Source: Octopus bimaculoides
Taxonomy: Eukaryota
Assembly (NCBI RefSeq): GCF_001194135.2
Contig: NC_068986.1
Span: 5,884,065 to 5,940,414 of the forward strand
Direction: 5' to 3'
Length of the DNA stretch: 56,350 nt
Below the pieces are notes generated by a model, which did not search any database, had not been told where the DNA came from, and saw only the letters and a list, made by a program, of their open reading frames with translations. This document shows positions 23,846-37,384 of this stretch, piece after piece (the stretch's first letter is position 1; each line of letters begins with the position of its first letter). Made by a program: the position numbers and the translations under genes.

Positions 23846-26800
23846 TGTCAGAAAATTTAGAAGCACTACCGAGTTCTTTGGGTTCCTTTAGCAGGTTCCA
23901 ATCTGTTGTATTTGCATCAAGTCTTTTGTCTGAAGATAGCTCAATATCTTGATGTGCTGCTTTATATCTTCATATTGATGCAGTAGATGTGTTATTGTTC
24001 CTTCCTATCTCTTTCTTTCTGCTTAAGTTTTGGAAATCCTGCAAGTGTCACGGGTATTGCTCTTCAGCTGATTGAACCATAAAAAGATAAAAATCTTATG
24101 TGATTGAAAACTTAACTAAAATAAGTTATATTTGACAAATAACATTAAAGAGCTGTACAGCTTCTGTATAAAATGCGATTGCCAAAGAGATTTAATTCTA
24201 AGTATAAAATACTGTGAAAGTGTTTAAGAGTGATGGAAAAGCAAGTACTTAAGTGGGTTCTAGTCAGGAGTTGTAATAAAGTTAACAATGTAGTTGTAAT
24301 AATAGCAGAAGGTATATATTGTTTTATGACAGGCCAATGGTGAACGTGTATGTTGTGATGCATATTAATAATGTCTCAAATAGGGTTACTAGCTGTTTAA
24401 AACTGAAATATGTTTTGGCTCTAACAGTTAAAGGCATTTTAGAAATAATTAGACTGGTTTTTATGTGTATTAAAAAATAAATGTTTATCCAAAAGTTCTT
24501 TAAAAGGTTAATCTCCAATCACTTGAAGTAACTGATAAAATCACTTAGTGACTTAAAGGTGGCTGCAAAGTTTTATTGTGTACTGGTCTCCAACTAATTT
24601 ATTCATTAAAAGAAAATTTCAATCTTCACTTAAACATTTTCAAATGAAAATGCTAAATTCTAATTTTCTTCTTCTTTTTTTTTCATTTCTATATTTGCTT
24701 ATTGCCCTGAAGATTCAGTAATCTGCAGCTTAAAAGTTACATTACTTGTACAAACTATGATGATAGGTGTTGAGGTGCAATTTCTGTTTTTAAAGATTCA
24801 AGTAGTTGACACATGCTTTTAAAGATTAATATTTTGATGAAATAACGACTGTGAAAATGGTAATAACTAGATTGCTGAGGGTGGAGGTTGTAATCATGGT
24901 GGAGTGATAATAAGGTGCTGCAGAATATTGCATATTTCTCATTATCATGTAGTCATGTGTTGATATAATTGACATTGCAGTCATTAGTGCTAGCTACTTT
25001 AAAGCTCTTGTGATACCAACCCACATGAAACTATCGTTGATCCTACAACAGAAAACCTCTCATTTTAAAGTGATCATGTTTAAATTAAAACCTGTAGGGA
25101 ATTATAAATTCTGGCCTGCATAAACAAAAGTGGAAGATAACATTTAACAATAGTTTTATTTACATTCTCCTCTGGTTGATCAATCAATATAACCATGACA
25201 AGCTATTCCAACCATTATAAATAATGGACATGGTACATGAGGGATTTGCTACAAATCTACCATAATTTCACATAAAAATATTTTGTTCAAAACACAGACC
25301 TAAAGACGAAAAGTTATTTTAGTAAATCTCTCTAAATTCACTCTTTTTTTTGAAACTAATTGAAACAATATACACACAAAAGCATTAACATACAAAATCA
25401 TTTCATTGTGCTGCTTAGTGTCTGTGGTTTTGATATAACTATATCTGAGTGTCTATATTTCAAACTTTTCAGTGTCTGCATTTATATGTATGCATTTTAT
25501 TTATTCGTGTTGTGGACATAATCTTTCATTTGTATCTGATGTAATATCTTGTAACCCTTTGGGGGTCTTTGTATTTTAGTGATTGAAAGATAAATATAAT
25601 GGAATGGTTTGCCATTTATCTCTTTAAATCTGTGTACATGTGTGTAGGAGGAATGAGTTCACTTGACTAGCTCTAACTCTCAATTTAATTTCACATTTTT
25701 AATCGATAACAGTGCACTTGTGCTGAACATTTTGCAAAAAGTTTATTGTAGGGATTTGACTTCAGCACTGCAAAATAATTGCTTGTTAATCAAACATTGA
25801 TACTGCCCATTACAACAGTATATTATTGAAACCAACTCTTAGCATTTATTTACAGGCTGTTCTGAAGCAGTAAGAGTTAAGTATTTTGCATATAGACAAA
25901 GTAAATTTGTGACAAACCGTTAATCTTTCAACTGTTTGTCATGTCATCAACCTGGCAACCTGTCACTTTTTTGTAAATGATTGGAACTAAAAAAATGTAT
26001 CATAAACATATTTTGCTAATTAAGAAACTGTCTAAACCAGTCACAGGCATACTGTAGCATGCAGGACTTTCTGAATAGAATGAATAGAATGCATAACTTG
26101 AATTTATCTTGAATTTTTTTAGTAGTGCAGCCCACCTGATGATGAACCATGTCTCATGCAGCCTATGAGATTGCCTATGCCTGCTCTAAGTTGTCAAGCA
26201 CAAAAATTGCATATTTTCCCAAGAGCTTCAAAAGTAAAAGTATGTTCTCAGGACGTTGTAATGGAAAGTTTAAAGGGTCATGATTAATGCTCCTGAAAAC
26301 AAAGAATATTATTCCAAATCATCTTAAAATATATCTAGGCAATCTACAACTATGTACTATTAATTAACTGAAAACTTAACAAAGTCTGTTGAGATAAATC
26401 AAATTATAGTTATTACATAATTAAACTGATTTTAATGTATTTTTGGTTCACTGGCTTTTATTCTGTGGTTACACCATGCCATTAATGAACAAACTATCTT
26501 TTCTTAAACATCTGTCCATCAAAGACAATATAATTTTTATTGAACTATTAAGCTGCCATAGATTAAAAAAAAAAAACTGCAAACAAGACAAAGAAGAAGC
26601 CTCTATGTGGCTGCTTGGTATGCTAGAAATATCAGTCAAATCTTCCTCAAATCATACCTTACCATCTTAAAGTAAAGATACTTAGGATAATTTAGCCCTT
26701 GGGTATCAGCTTCATTAAGCTGATTTGAAGTTAAACTCCAACAATAACACCAACAACAACAATTGTGAAATGACTTTCTTGTATTTGCTGGTAAACAGGA

Positions 26801-28255
26801 AGTGAGTTGAATTATATTTACTGGTGGTAATTAGACATAAAACCATAAATTTCTAGGAGAATGAGATTGTGTGACATTCTTGACTTTCTCAAAAGCATTA
26901 ACAACATAAATGGTCTTAATTGACTTCAAGTAGGACTTCAAACTGATTACAAGTGGAATATAGTATTTTTTCCCATTCTTCTTCTTCTGAAGAATGCATA
27001 TATCTTGGTGATCTGTTCATTTGGAATCCTGAGTCACAAAAATTCATAACATGTTTCTTTGAGTGTATACGCCAGGCAGTGAACCGGTACAAGGTTGTAG
27101 TCCAGTCAGGTCATCATCATGGTATTTCCTTTCTATAAATAGAAATCTAATGGTGGTGGTGGGGGTACACTGAGTTGGGGGTGAAAAATTGCTTAGTCTT
27201 AAAAGTTGACCTGGAAATATTTGTTTTTTTATGTAAACATTGAAAGCAAATAATTTATGGGTGCAGCTGTTTCTAAGTAAATATGTCTTGGTTGTTTCAA
27301 AGGGATTTAATTTTTTGAAGATATTTTCTTAGAATTGGTCATATATATATTTTTTTGAATAGAAAGAGAAACAGCTCAGTTTTTATTGCTTTAGGTTCCA
27401 AAGAGTCACTTTTAACCTTTCTTTAGAGAACTTCTCAGAGGTTTTTGGTTTTCTTTTCACTAAGAGTGCAGTGTTTTTATTTCATTTTAAAGAAGAAAAT
27501 AAAAGAAATATCAATTGGGGTATAATAAAAATAAAAAAAGTAAGTTATTTATCAAATGTTATTAATGTGGTGTAACTAATATGGCTAACATGGAGATTAA
27601 TTTTCCATTTAGTTAAGTAAATGAGATGTGCTGCACAGTAGGTTTGAACCTGGAGTCACATGGGGGAAGTGAATGTCTTGGCCACATAGCCATGCCTGAC
27701 CCATGTTATTTGTTAATATTTGTTATTTAACAAGAATAAGAAATCATCCTATACTAAAGTGAAGAAAACATCACTTTTATGAATCAAAGCTGTTACTTTA
27801 TTCAGTTTTAGTAACATTAAACAGCTGAGCCAAATTTACTTTCCAAACGTTTACAGAACCCTGGCACATTTCAGGCAATTTTATCAGAATTTCTAGTATC
27901 GATATTTGCTAATGCAGTTAATTGAGGTATGTAGAATACAATATTGTATCCAGAGAGACAAAAACACTGATATCTGTTATGAAGTGATCTTGGAATTGGA
28001 GGGTTGTTCTTATATGAGAAGTCAATCTCTGTGGATCACTTAATTGTTTCCCTAACTGTTTTTATTTGGAGGGAATTGGTTGCTGTCATGAGGGTCACTC
28101 TGTTCATTGTTTTCAAAGATAATCAAGTATTTGGTTTGTTTGCTGAGCAGCTTTGTATAACATGAGAGTTTAATGGAGCAAACTGGAAAATCTGAAGTGA
28201 GAGTTCAAATCATTTGTTCTCTGATTAAACCTAAAACCACATTATTTGTTTCCAG

Positions 28256-28273
28256 GATTACTTGATGACAAAG
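28256..28273 (+). CDS. Candidate 18-nt microexon (DYLMTK or GLLDDK)
   Basis: attatttgtttccag|GATTACTTGATGACAAAG|gtgagc; frame-preserving length. Confidence 0.3.
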
Positions 28274-30162
28274 GTGAGCGTGTGGAGAGAGTAAATCCAA
28301 CACTTTATGTAAATTTTAGATAAGACTTGTATAAATAGCTGGATTATCCCAGCAAGTGATTCAAATGTGGCTGGAGTAAGGAGCAAATTTTTTCCACACT
28401 TTTTGATCCTCCTCCACATAGTTCTCTTTTCTGTCTCCTTTCTTTCCTTTCTTTTTTTTTTTTTTTGGTAGGAGGGGTACTTATTTTCTGTATTATTCTA
28501 AGTTTTATGCAATCAATGCTCTTTCTGCAAAAATCAATATATTAACCTCATTTTTCCTGTGTTTTGCCTCTACTTTGGTAATACTATTTTTTTTTTTTGA
28601 TAGGAAGGACTGTGAAAACCTTGTGTGTGTGTGTGTGTTCCTTTGGTAGGAAGAAAGGGTAAATAAGGTAGTCCACAACACCTTCATGTTCCTACTACCA
28701 AATAGTTATTTTATCAATGCTGACATTTGATTGGATCCAGGTTTGAGTTCAGCAAGTACTTAGAAGGAAAAACAAAAACTAAAAGAAAAAAGCAGCACAA
28801 AACAAAACGGTTCTTTATGAATGTTTTCTCTGAATATTCCTATCTTCTGCAAAATAACACACCTTTTTTCTATTAGAGAAAAAAAAAATGTATTTTCTTT
28901 TTACCGTTTTTTTCTTTCCTCTATCCACCCCCCTTTCTTATTTTTAAATGTTTTATCTTACTTCTCAGGGGATATTTTTGGTATTAAAGGAAATCTTTGT
29001 TTCAGTTCTTTTACAGTTATTTTGGTGGGGAGAGCAGTGATATTACAATGCTGCATAGTAGGGTAGTAGTGTGAAGGAAGTGATGGTTGAATGAAAAATT
29101 CTGGGTTATTTTTCTAATTTTAGGGAGAAAACTGCATTACTGAGTTTACAGATGTTTTTGCATCACTGACTTTATCAGTCAAGGGAAATCTTATTCAGTT
29201 GAGCATCTTATTGAAAAATGTGATGGTGGTGGTGGTGGAGGATTCACTATTGCTGTGACTGATGGTGATGATTGTGATAGATTTCCTATTGTTGTTACTG
29301 ATGAAGGTGGTGGTGATGATGGTTGGTGTGGCATTGTGTGTAGTGGCAGGAATAGTAGTTGGTGGTGGTGGCGGTTGTTGAAAAGGTTGAAAGAGGGGTG
29401 AGCAGCAGCATTTCACACTAAGATTGTTGCAGTGTGTGTAGGGAACACTTTAAACTATTTTGTGGGGAACTGAGGTGGAGTTGCTTTTTTTTTTTTTTGT
29501 TTTTACTTATTTTTTTTATTCATTGTTTCGTTTTTGAATTTTTAACTATTATTGNNNNNNNNNNTACCTTTTTTTTTTCCCAAAGATTTTTCTCTAAATG
29601 TGTGGTGTTTGCAATTTGGCTCCATTTCCAATTTTTGCATTTTTGTTTTTTGAATTCCATGTGAAAATTGATTTTCTTTTTTTTTATGTGTTCTATACAA
29701 TTGCAAAGTATTAAGTATATTAGGGAAGAGAAATTGGATGATGTAATATACAAGCATTACCCATTGGCATTTTGAATGTAAGTGAATTGATTGGAATGGC
29801 TTCTATAGAGAATTGTGTCATGGACTGTGTTTGTTGGGAACTCACATTTCTTACTCTATGCACCCAATTTCATACTGATATTGATTTTTATGTTTTTTTT
29901 TTAAATATTTGCTCACTAAGCGAGTCTCAAAAGAGGAATAAAACCATCAAGAGAAAATGGAGACAGGAAATTGGAGAGAGAGAGATGGAAAGAGAGAGAG
30001 AGAATGACTGATCACCAGAAACTGAGCTATTTGTACTTCACTTTAAACTTGACAGGGAAATCAAGTAAAATTAGAAATCTCTTCATTTCCTCCTTAATTT
30101 GTTATAGAATTAATTGACATTTTTTGTACTCAGTGTGATGAGATAATTCTTTAATTTTCTAG

Positions 30163-30205
30163 CATTTTGATTGGAGGATATATGATAGCTTCGTTGGGGG
30201 AGGAG
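30163..30205 (+). CDS. Candidate 43-nt exon (HFDWRIYDSFVGGG or ILIGGYMIASLGEE)
   Basis: aattctttaattttctag|CATTTT...GGAGGAG|gtaaat; two frames open. Confidence 0.2.
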
Positions 30206-30287
30206 GTAAATTTGTGCTACCTTGAAATATTTTGCAAGTGTATGTGTGAGTGTGTGCATGCCTCTCATATCTTTTTTATCGTTAACT

Positions 30288-30468
30288 TCTTAAGTCATTG
30301 GACTGTGGCCATGCTGGGGCATTGCCTTGAAGAATTTTTAGTTGAATGAATTGATCCCTGAACTTTCTTTTCAAAGCCTAGTACTTAGTCTATTGGTCTT
30401 TTTTGCTGAACTACTAAGTTACAGGGATATAAATACACCAACACAGGTCGTCAAGTGGCAGTTCGGGA

Positions 30469-30503
<35 letters not shown>

Positions 30504-30622
30504 CAACAGGCTTCTTTCAGTTTTCGTCTACCAAATTCACTCATAAGGCTTTGGTCAGCCTGAGGCTGTGGTAGAAGACACTTGCCCTAGGTACCACACA
30601 TTGGAACTGAACCTGGAACCAG
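30288..30622 (-). mobile_element. SINE S1 copy
   Basis: Colinear with 12509-12906, including the (CA)n core. Confidence 0.8.
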
Positions 30623-30751
30623 AGTCCATTCTGTGGTAAGTTCTCAAACTGGGTCTCTGGTTTACAAATAGCTTCAGTCTTCCCTCCCGCTCAAATACCT
30701 CTGTGATGGGTCATGGACACTGTCTTTTCTTGAGCAAAAGATGAAATAAAT

Positions 30752-31190
30752 CATCATCATTTAATGTCTGTTTTCCATGCTGCCATGAGTTTGACCAAAA
30801 ACTGGTAAGCTGGGAGCTGCATCAGGTTCCAATCTGATTTGGCAAGGTTTCTATGGCTGGATGCCCTTCCTAATACCAACCATTCCGAAGGTGTAGTGGG
30901 TGTTTTTTATGTGCCATCTACCTGACACTGACATTGGCCACAACTGCGGTCTCGCCTGGCTTGACAGGTCCACACAGCATGGTGTATTGCCAAAGGTCTC
31001 TGTCACCTGTCACTGCCTCCATGAGGCTCAATGCTTGAACGGTGCTTTTTATGTGCCACTGGTACAGGTGCCAGTCAGACAGCATTGGCATCAGCCATGA
31101 CTAAGATTTCACTTGGCTTGACAGGTCTTCACAAGCACAGCATATTGCCCAACATTTGAAGGGTGCTTTTAACAGGCCAGTTACGCAACA
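30752..31190 (-). mobile_element. RTE-LINE 3' UTR copy
   Basis: (CAT)n followed by the reverse complement of the RTE tail and its repeated gtgcc/gcacc motifs. Confidence 0.75.
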
Positions 31191-31546
31191 AAATGAATAA
31201 CTAAATAAGCATGCTACACTTGCACATTTGCAACAACAGGATCACTGATGTAAAACAACTCTGTGTGTGTGTGTTTTCTGTTTGGAACTGCTTGCTTCAC
31301 AAGTCACATGATCTGAGATCATGTGTTGAAGTTGAAAGAATTCCTTTGTGAAAGAGCCAGTTAAGAAAGAACACACCAATATTGTGAAAGTGTGTTGGTG
31401 ACTAGGTTGCAAAAGTGCGTGGAAACTATGATACTTCATTGTATATAACATATTTATTTACTCATGCGTAATGTGAGAAATTTAATACAAAACATCAGAG
31501 TGAGAAGTGACAGGTAGCATTATACTCAACTTTTTTTTTTTAAGTG

Positions 31547-31587
<41 letters not shown>

Positions 31588-31733
31588 CTGATATTCAATT
31601 AGTTAAAGTGGGTGACCAGATATTATATTTGAAATTGCATTGAAATATGTATGATATTATCACGAAATAACTGAAAGTGAATGCAACAGGAATTTGAGTT
31701 ACAAATAGAATAAAATAACTATATACATGTATA

Positions 31734-31861
31734 CAGGGTGATTCAAAAGTCGCCATACATAAGAACAATTTATTATTTTTTTAATAAGAAATAGCTTTTT
31801 TATTTAACTGTTTCTTATAAAAAAAAAAAATCCCATGTATGGTGACTTTTGAATCACCCTG
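31734..31861. mobile_element. Tc1/mariner-type MITE (128 bp)
   Basis: 26-bp TIRs CAGGGTGATTCAAAAGTC(G/A)CCATACA with 1 mismatch; TA on both sides. Confidence 0.88.
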
Positions 31862-31975
31862 TACGTGCGTGTGTGTATGTATATGTATGTGTGTGTGTAT
31901 ATATGTGTATGTGTGTGTATATATATGTGTATGTGTGTGTATATATATGTATATGTGTGTGTATATATATGTATA

Positions 31976-32563
31976 NNNNNNNNNNNNNNNNNNNNNNNNN
32001 NNNNNNNNNNNNNNNNNNNNNNNNNNNNNNNNNNNNNNNNNNNNNNNNNNNNNNNNNNNNNNNNNNNNNNNNNNNNNNNNNNNNNNNNNNNNNNNNNNNN
32101 NNNNNNNNNNNNNNNNNNNNNNNNNNNNNNNNNNNNNNNNNNNNNNNNNNNNNNNNNNNNNNNNNNNNNNNNNNNNNNNNNNNNNNNNNNNNNNNNNNNN
32201 NNNNNNNNNNNNNNNNNNNNNNNNNNNNNNNNNNNNNNNNNNNNNNNNNNNNNNNNNNNNNNNNNNNNNNNNNNNNNNNNNNNNNNNNNNNNNNNNNNNN
32301 NNNNNNNNNNNNNNNNNNNNNNNNNNNNNNNNNNNNNNNNNNNNNNNNNNNNNNNNNNNNNNNNNNNNNNNNNNNNNNNNNNNNNNNNNNNNNNNNNNNN
32401 NNNNNNNNNNNNNNNNNNNNNNNNNNNNNNNNNNNNNNNNNNNNNNNNNNNNNNNNNNNNNNNNNNNNNNNNNNNNNNNNNNNNNNNNNNNNNNNNNNNN
32501 NNNNNNNNNNNNNNNNNNNNNNNNNNNNNNNNNNNNNNNNNNNNNNNNNNNNNNNNNNNNNNN
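31976..32563. other. Assembly gap (others: 29555-29564, 43168-43505, 46713-46722, 47655-47874, 51440-51548)
   Basis: N runs, mostly next to microsatellites. Confidence 1.
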
Positions 32564-32713
32564 GGGAAAAGTTCTTTCTAAGATAGGAGAGTGAAAAAGG
32601 GAGATGAATCTGTGCGTGTGCGAAAGTCTGCGAGTGTGTGTGTGATAACAGAACGTGTGTGTGCGTATGTATGTGTGTGTGTGTGTGCATGCATGGTTTG
32701 GTGGTTTATCTGT

Positions 32714-32750
<37 letters not shown>

Positions 32751-33614
32751 ACGTAGTGGAAGAAATTAGTAGCAGGACTGGTTAGTGGACGCTATAGACA
32801 GTGTAGGTAGAAGGTCAACAGGTGGTTATATAAGCATGGTTGTGTGGTTGAGAAATTTATTTCTGCAATCATGAGGTTTCTGGTTTAGTATCTCTGCATA
32901 GCATGACATCTTGGGCAAGTGTCTTCAACTACAGCCTCTGTCCTACCAAAGCCTTGAGAGTGGATTTAGTAACCAGAACCTGAAAGAAATCACTGTGTGT
33001 GCATGCATGCATGTACGTGCATGTATGCACGTGCATGCACGAATGGAAATATGTACATGTGTGCATGTCTCACCTTCTTTTGATATTACACAATAGTTGT
33101 AAATGAGTGTCACTGTTGTACAAGTGGTGTTCTTTGTTTCTAATATTCCATGAAAACATGTCTGGTGTTGGTGAAATATTACCTTAATTGGAAATAGGTG
33201 AAAGCTGGCAGCAGTAAAGGTATCCAGCTGTATAAAGTCTGCTTGAATGAATTCTATCTGACCCATGCAAGCATGGGGAAGTGGACGTTAAAAGACAATG
33301 GTGGTGATGTGTGTGTGTGTGTACACAAGCACTCATATACACACATTTGTAGAAGTGTGTGTGTATGTATGTATGTATATATAAAATGAAAATGAGCTAA
33401 ACAAATGGCCATAGCAACAAACACAAATTAATACACAAAAGAAATTTTTGATTTCTTGAAATTATTTTTGGTTCTAGAGAGAGTACACCAGTTGGTTGGT
33501 GGCATTTGGTACTAACTACCAAGTCTGAAGAGGGGAATCTCAAGAATCAAGAATTCTCCAAAATTGACATGCTATCAGTCCAGTCTGATTGTTTGAAGAT
33601 TTTTGAAACAGATT

Positions 33615-33870
33615 GGTGCTGGTGCCACTTAAAAAGCATCCTTGCTGGTGCTACCTTAACACACCTATGCTAGTGCTATGTAAATACACCTGTGCCAGTG
33701 GCATGTAAAAAAAAAATCACCCAGCACTCTTTGCTAAGTGGTTGGTGTTAGGAAGGTTATCCAGCCGTAGAAACCATGCCACAACAGACAGTTGTAGTCT
33801 GGGCCGCTCCCTGTTAGCCAGCTCCAGGTCAAACCCTGTTCAACCCATGCCAGCGTTGAAAGTGGATGTT
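33615..33870 (+). mobile_element. RTE-LINE 3' UTR copy
   Basis: gtgccacttaaaaagca... ttaggaagg.tatccagccgtagaaac... caacccatgccagc. Confidence 0.7.
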
Positions 33871-34382
33871 AGTATCTTTTGAGTATTGTTGAGGAGCATT
33901 GTGCTTTCAGTGAACCAAGTCTGAAATTGGGTTTCAATTTCAGGTTGGAACCATTTGAGTTTATCTATGATATTAATATTTTTGGGAGTAGAGTGATGGA
34001 TTGGCAGAATAAGCAGAACAACAGACAAAATATTTTGTGGTATTTAATTATATTTATGATGCGAGTTCAAATGCTATCATGATTAACACTTGTGCCGACA
34101 ATATAATAGTTAAATACTGGATTTGTTATAATTGATTGCTCTTGCCTTCTCACCACATTTGTGACTTTATGCTTATAGAATAACTAGAAGGGGACTTAAC
34201 TCATGCTCCGACTTGAAAATTGTTAGAAGTTATGGTTTAAAATTATTTTTAATACAAAAATTCATGTCTTAGGAAGCAAAAAAAAATAATAAATTGCCAA
34301 TTCCGGGCATTTGCGACCATGAGGAATCCATTGGTGCGACTCCCAGATTGCTATCTTGTAAGGTGTGGATTTCTATAGATGC

Positions 34383-34383
<1 letters not shown>

Positions 34384-34450
<67 letters not shown>
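34384..34450. repeat. (CA)n microsatellite
   Basis: Pure CA run. Other long CA/TG/TA runs lie near 31865-31975, 43650-43930, 47875-47925, 48823-48865 and 48960-49068. Confidence 0.97.
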
Positions 34451-34454
<4 letters not shown>

Positions 34455-34839
34455 CAGCTTTACAACATGTACTGATAAATCAGTATTTTTGAGGGAAATA
34501 TGAATACTCATTATCTCATTTTCCCTTATCAGTTGATTGAGGTCTTGTAGCTCATTATTTACGTTTTTCAATGTGCAGAAGAATTATAGACTGAATTTAT
34601 TTTGAACACTTGTGAGTATTATGCCTTTCATGCAAATCGTCATGATAATGATGATGATGGTGATAATGATGATGATGGTGATAATGATGATCTTCATCAT
34701 CACCTTTTGTCACTAATATTAACAGATGTGGCTTAGCCTGTATTCACCTAACTAAAATGAATTCATCTTCAGAGCTGGGTTTTTCCACCCTCAGCTCTCT
34801 ACCACCAGCAGCAGCAGCACCACCATCACTGCCACCACT

Positions 34840-34849
34840 GCTACTGCTG

Positions 34850-34893
<44 letters not shown>
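34840..34893. repeat. (CTA)n microsatellite
   Basis: Direct observation. Confidence 0.95.
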
Positions 34894-34895
<2 letters not shown>

Positions 34896-35033
34896 CCAAA
34901 TGCTATCATTTGATGACTTAATTTCCATCTATTCTATGCCATAGTAAATATTGATAAGACAGCCACTGTCACTAATTAGTCACCAATGTGTGTAATGTGA
35001 TAAGCTATAGAAATAGGGGAGGGTGTACTATTG

Positions 35034-35066
<33 letters not shown>

Positions 35067-35948
35067 TGAGAGTTGCAATCAGTTTCATCTATATACATTT
35101 GCTTGTTTAGTTAGCATGTATTAAATCAACTTCTCTTTGTTAGAAGTCAATTTCAATTGCTTTATTGTGCTGTATTTTAACCTCCCCCCGTATTCAACAT
35201 GATCCTTCTTTTTGATATGAATATAACTGTTAAGTCCTTACATATCCTAACAAAAAAAAAAGAAGAAAAATCCATACCCTAGAAGCATATAAGGAAACCT
35301 TTTATATTTTTAGAGATGGAAAGAGAGAGAGTAGGAAGAGGGATTTGCTCACCTCTCTCTACCCTTTTTCTCTTCATTCTTTGTCACTTTTCTCTCCAAA
35401 ATCTAAACAAGTTTTCCATAAGTTTTCAGCTCCCCCAGCCATCTTCTAAAGTCTCAAGCTTCAAGCTTATATAAAGCAAGCAATTATTATCATAATGTTT
35501 GTGTATGCAGCGGTTGCAATTGTGAAGCAGTAATAAGTTCTTGGAGAAAACATATCTGTGACCTGGTTTGAATTCCTTGTTAGAATCCCTCCACTTATAG
35601 GCATGCTCTTTGTGCAAGGCATGAACATCACAATTTTCCATTTATTTTCTAAAAATATTCAGGTTTATGTATGCCTAAGAAAATGTTACTATCTTTTTTT
35701 TTTTTTAATTTGGTATTGAACCTAATCAAAAGAAATTATACTTTTATATATTTATTTTGTATATCTGTCAGTTTCATTGTTTGCACTCTTGTTCCTCCCT
35801 ACTTTCTCCCTTTCCGCTGTGCATGTTGCATCTGCAGCCCACACATTTCACTGCTGACATCTTTTTGGTATGTGTCATGTGTAACATCTCCATATCTCTC
35901 AAGAGTGTATAATGACTCGTGCTGGAACTATGCTTCCCTTCTTTCTCA

Positions 35949-36325
35949 CAGTGGTTCTTATCTGCTGTTATACTATCACTGGTTGTTATCTGCTGCTATA
36001 CTATGAGTGATATCTGCTGCTACATTATCAGTGGTTATTATCTGCTGCCATACTATCAAGGGTCGTCTGCTACCATACTATCACTGTCTGTTATCTGTTG
36101 CCCATACTATCAGTGGTTTGTTACCTGCTTCTGTACTATCATTGGTTGTTATCTGCTGTTGTACTATCAGTGGTTGTTATAATTTGCAGCTTTACTATCA
36201 GCGGTGGTTATTATCTGCTGCTTTACTATCACTGGTTGATGCCTGCTGCTACACTGTCAATTCTTGTTATCTGCTGCTACACTATCAGTTGTTATCTGCT
36301 GTTGTACCATCTGTGGTTGTTAACT
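35949..36325. repeat. ~28-bp degenerate minisatellite, roughly 13 units
   Basis: Approximate consensus TTATCTGCTGCTATACTATCAGTGGTTG. Confidence 0.9.
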
Positions 36326-36508
36326 ACCTCTATGCTATCATACATCAATTTGCTAACAAGCTGGGATTTGTTGAGAGAACATTCTTACATTTAATTACAA
36401 CATCAATATTTTATCTTTGTTTTGATATTTTAATATTCAATCTAGAGTATTTTTTTTAATTCAATTTTTTTTTCTCTTATTTTCAGTTCCTTTTTTGAAA
36501 TTTAATAA

Positions 36509-36510
<2 letters not shown>

Positions 36511-36564
<54 letters not shown>
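36511..36564. repeat. (ATT)n microsatellite
   Basis: Direct observation. Confidence 0.95.
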
Positions 36565-36565
<1 letters not shown>

Positions 36566-37245
36566 ATAGTTCATTGTTTCTGGCTTCCAGAAAATGATGT
36601 AATGTGAGGATATAGGAGGAGGGGTGCTGTAAATAAACGTCTGCTCAGTGGTGAATGTTGTCACAGCTTAATTTCATTTTTTCCCCCTTCTTGGTTTTTG
36701 TGTAGGATGGATGTTAAATTAAGACTAAGTTTAGAGCAAAATGAATGTGATGAAGTTGGTGGTGGTGGTGGTGGATATGTACTCAATATGATTGCATTTT
36801 GTGAAGCACCCTCTTCATAGTTTCTTTTGTTCTTCTTTCTCTTTGTTTTAGTTCTGTATATTTTGATGCTATGATGTGTGGGAGGTACCACTTTCAGAAT
36901 GATTAGTGAGTGGCAACAGGGATGAGAAGTACAATGGCGAATTACCGTAATGAATTTGTGAAAATGTGGCCCAACTGAGGAATTCTTCATAGAGATTATA
37001 TACTGAATGAGGAATGTCCCACATCTCTCAACCTAGATATCAATTATTTTGGCAGTGGCTGAAAATTACTCCCCCGTCCACCCTCCAATTTTTTCTAGTA
37101 TTGTTTTGCAGACTGATGTTCTCTGTGAGAAAAGGCTGCAGTAAAGGTTCTGCTGTTGCTGAAATTAAAAGCTGGTGGAGATGGGGAAGAATATAGACAG
37201 CGTGCACACACACAACCACACATACATGTTTACCCACACACACAT

Positions 37246-37383
37246 GTACATGCATGCACATGTCTACACATGTGTAAACACACAAACACATATACTTGTT
37301 CACACACACACACACGTACATGCATGCACATGTCTACACATGTGTAAACACACAAACACATATACTTGTTCACACACACACAC
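37246..37383. repeat. 70-bp direct duplication of CA-rich sequence
   Basis: gtacatgcatgcacatgtctacacatgtgtaaacacacaaacacatatacttgttcacacac occurs at 37246 and 37316. Confidence 0.9.
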
Positions 37384-37384
37384 T

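Noticed and set aside
24028-24075. FWKSCKCHGYCSSAD* after an acceptor-like tract, resembling the Wnt CKCHG motif
   Set aside because: The following residues do not match the Wnt SG.C pattern, a stop follows, and no other Wnt-like exons are visible.
24705-24740. CTGAAGA-TTCAGTAATCTGCAG hammerhead-like start
   Set aside because: No GAAA or convincing stems I/III; single copy.
31839-32690. Long ORFs in the track (also 43132-43627, 47570-47965, 51296-51792)
   Set aside because: Artefacts of N-runs and (CA)n/(TA)n repeats.
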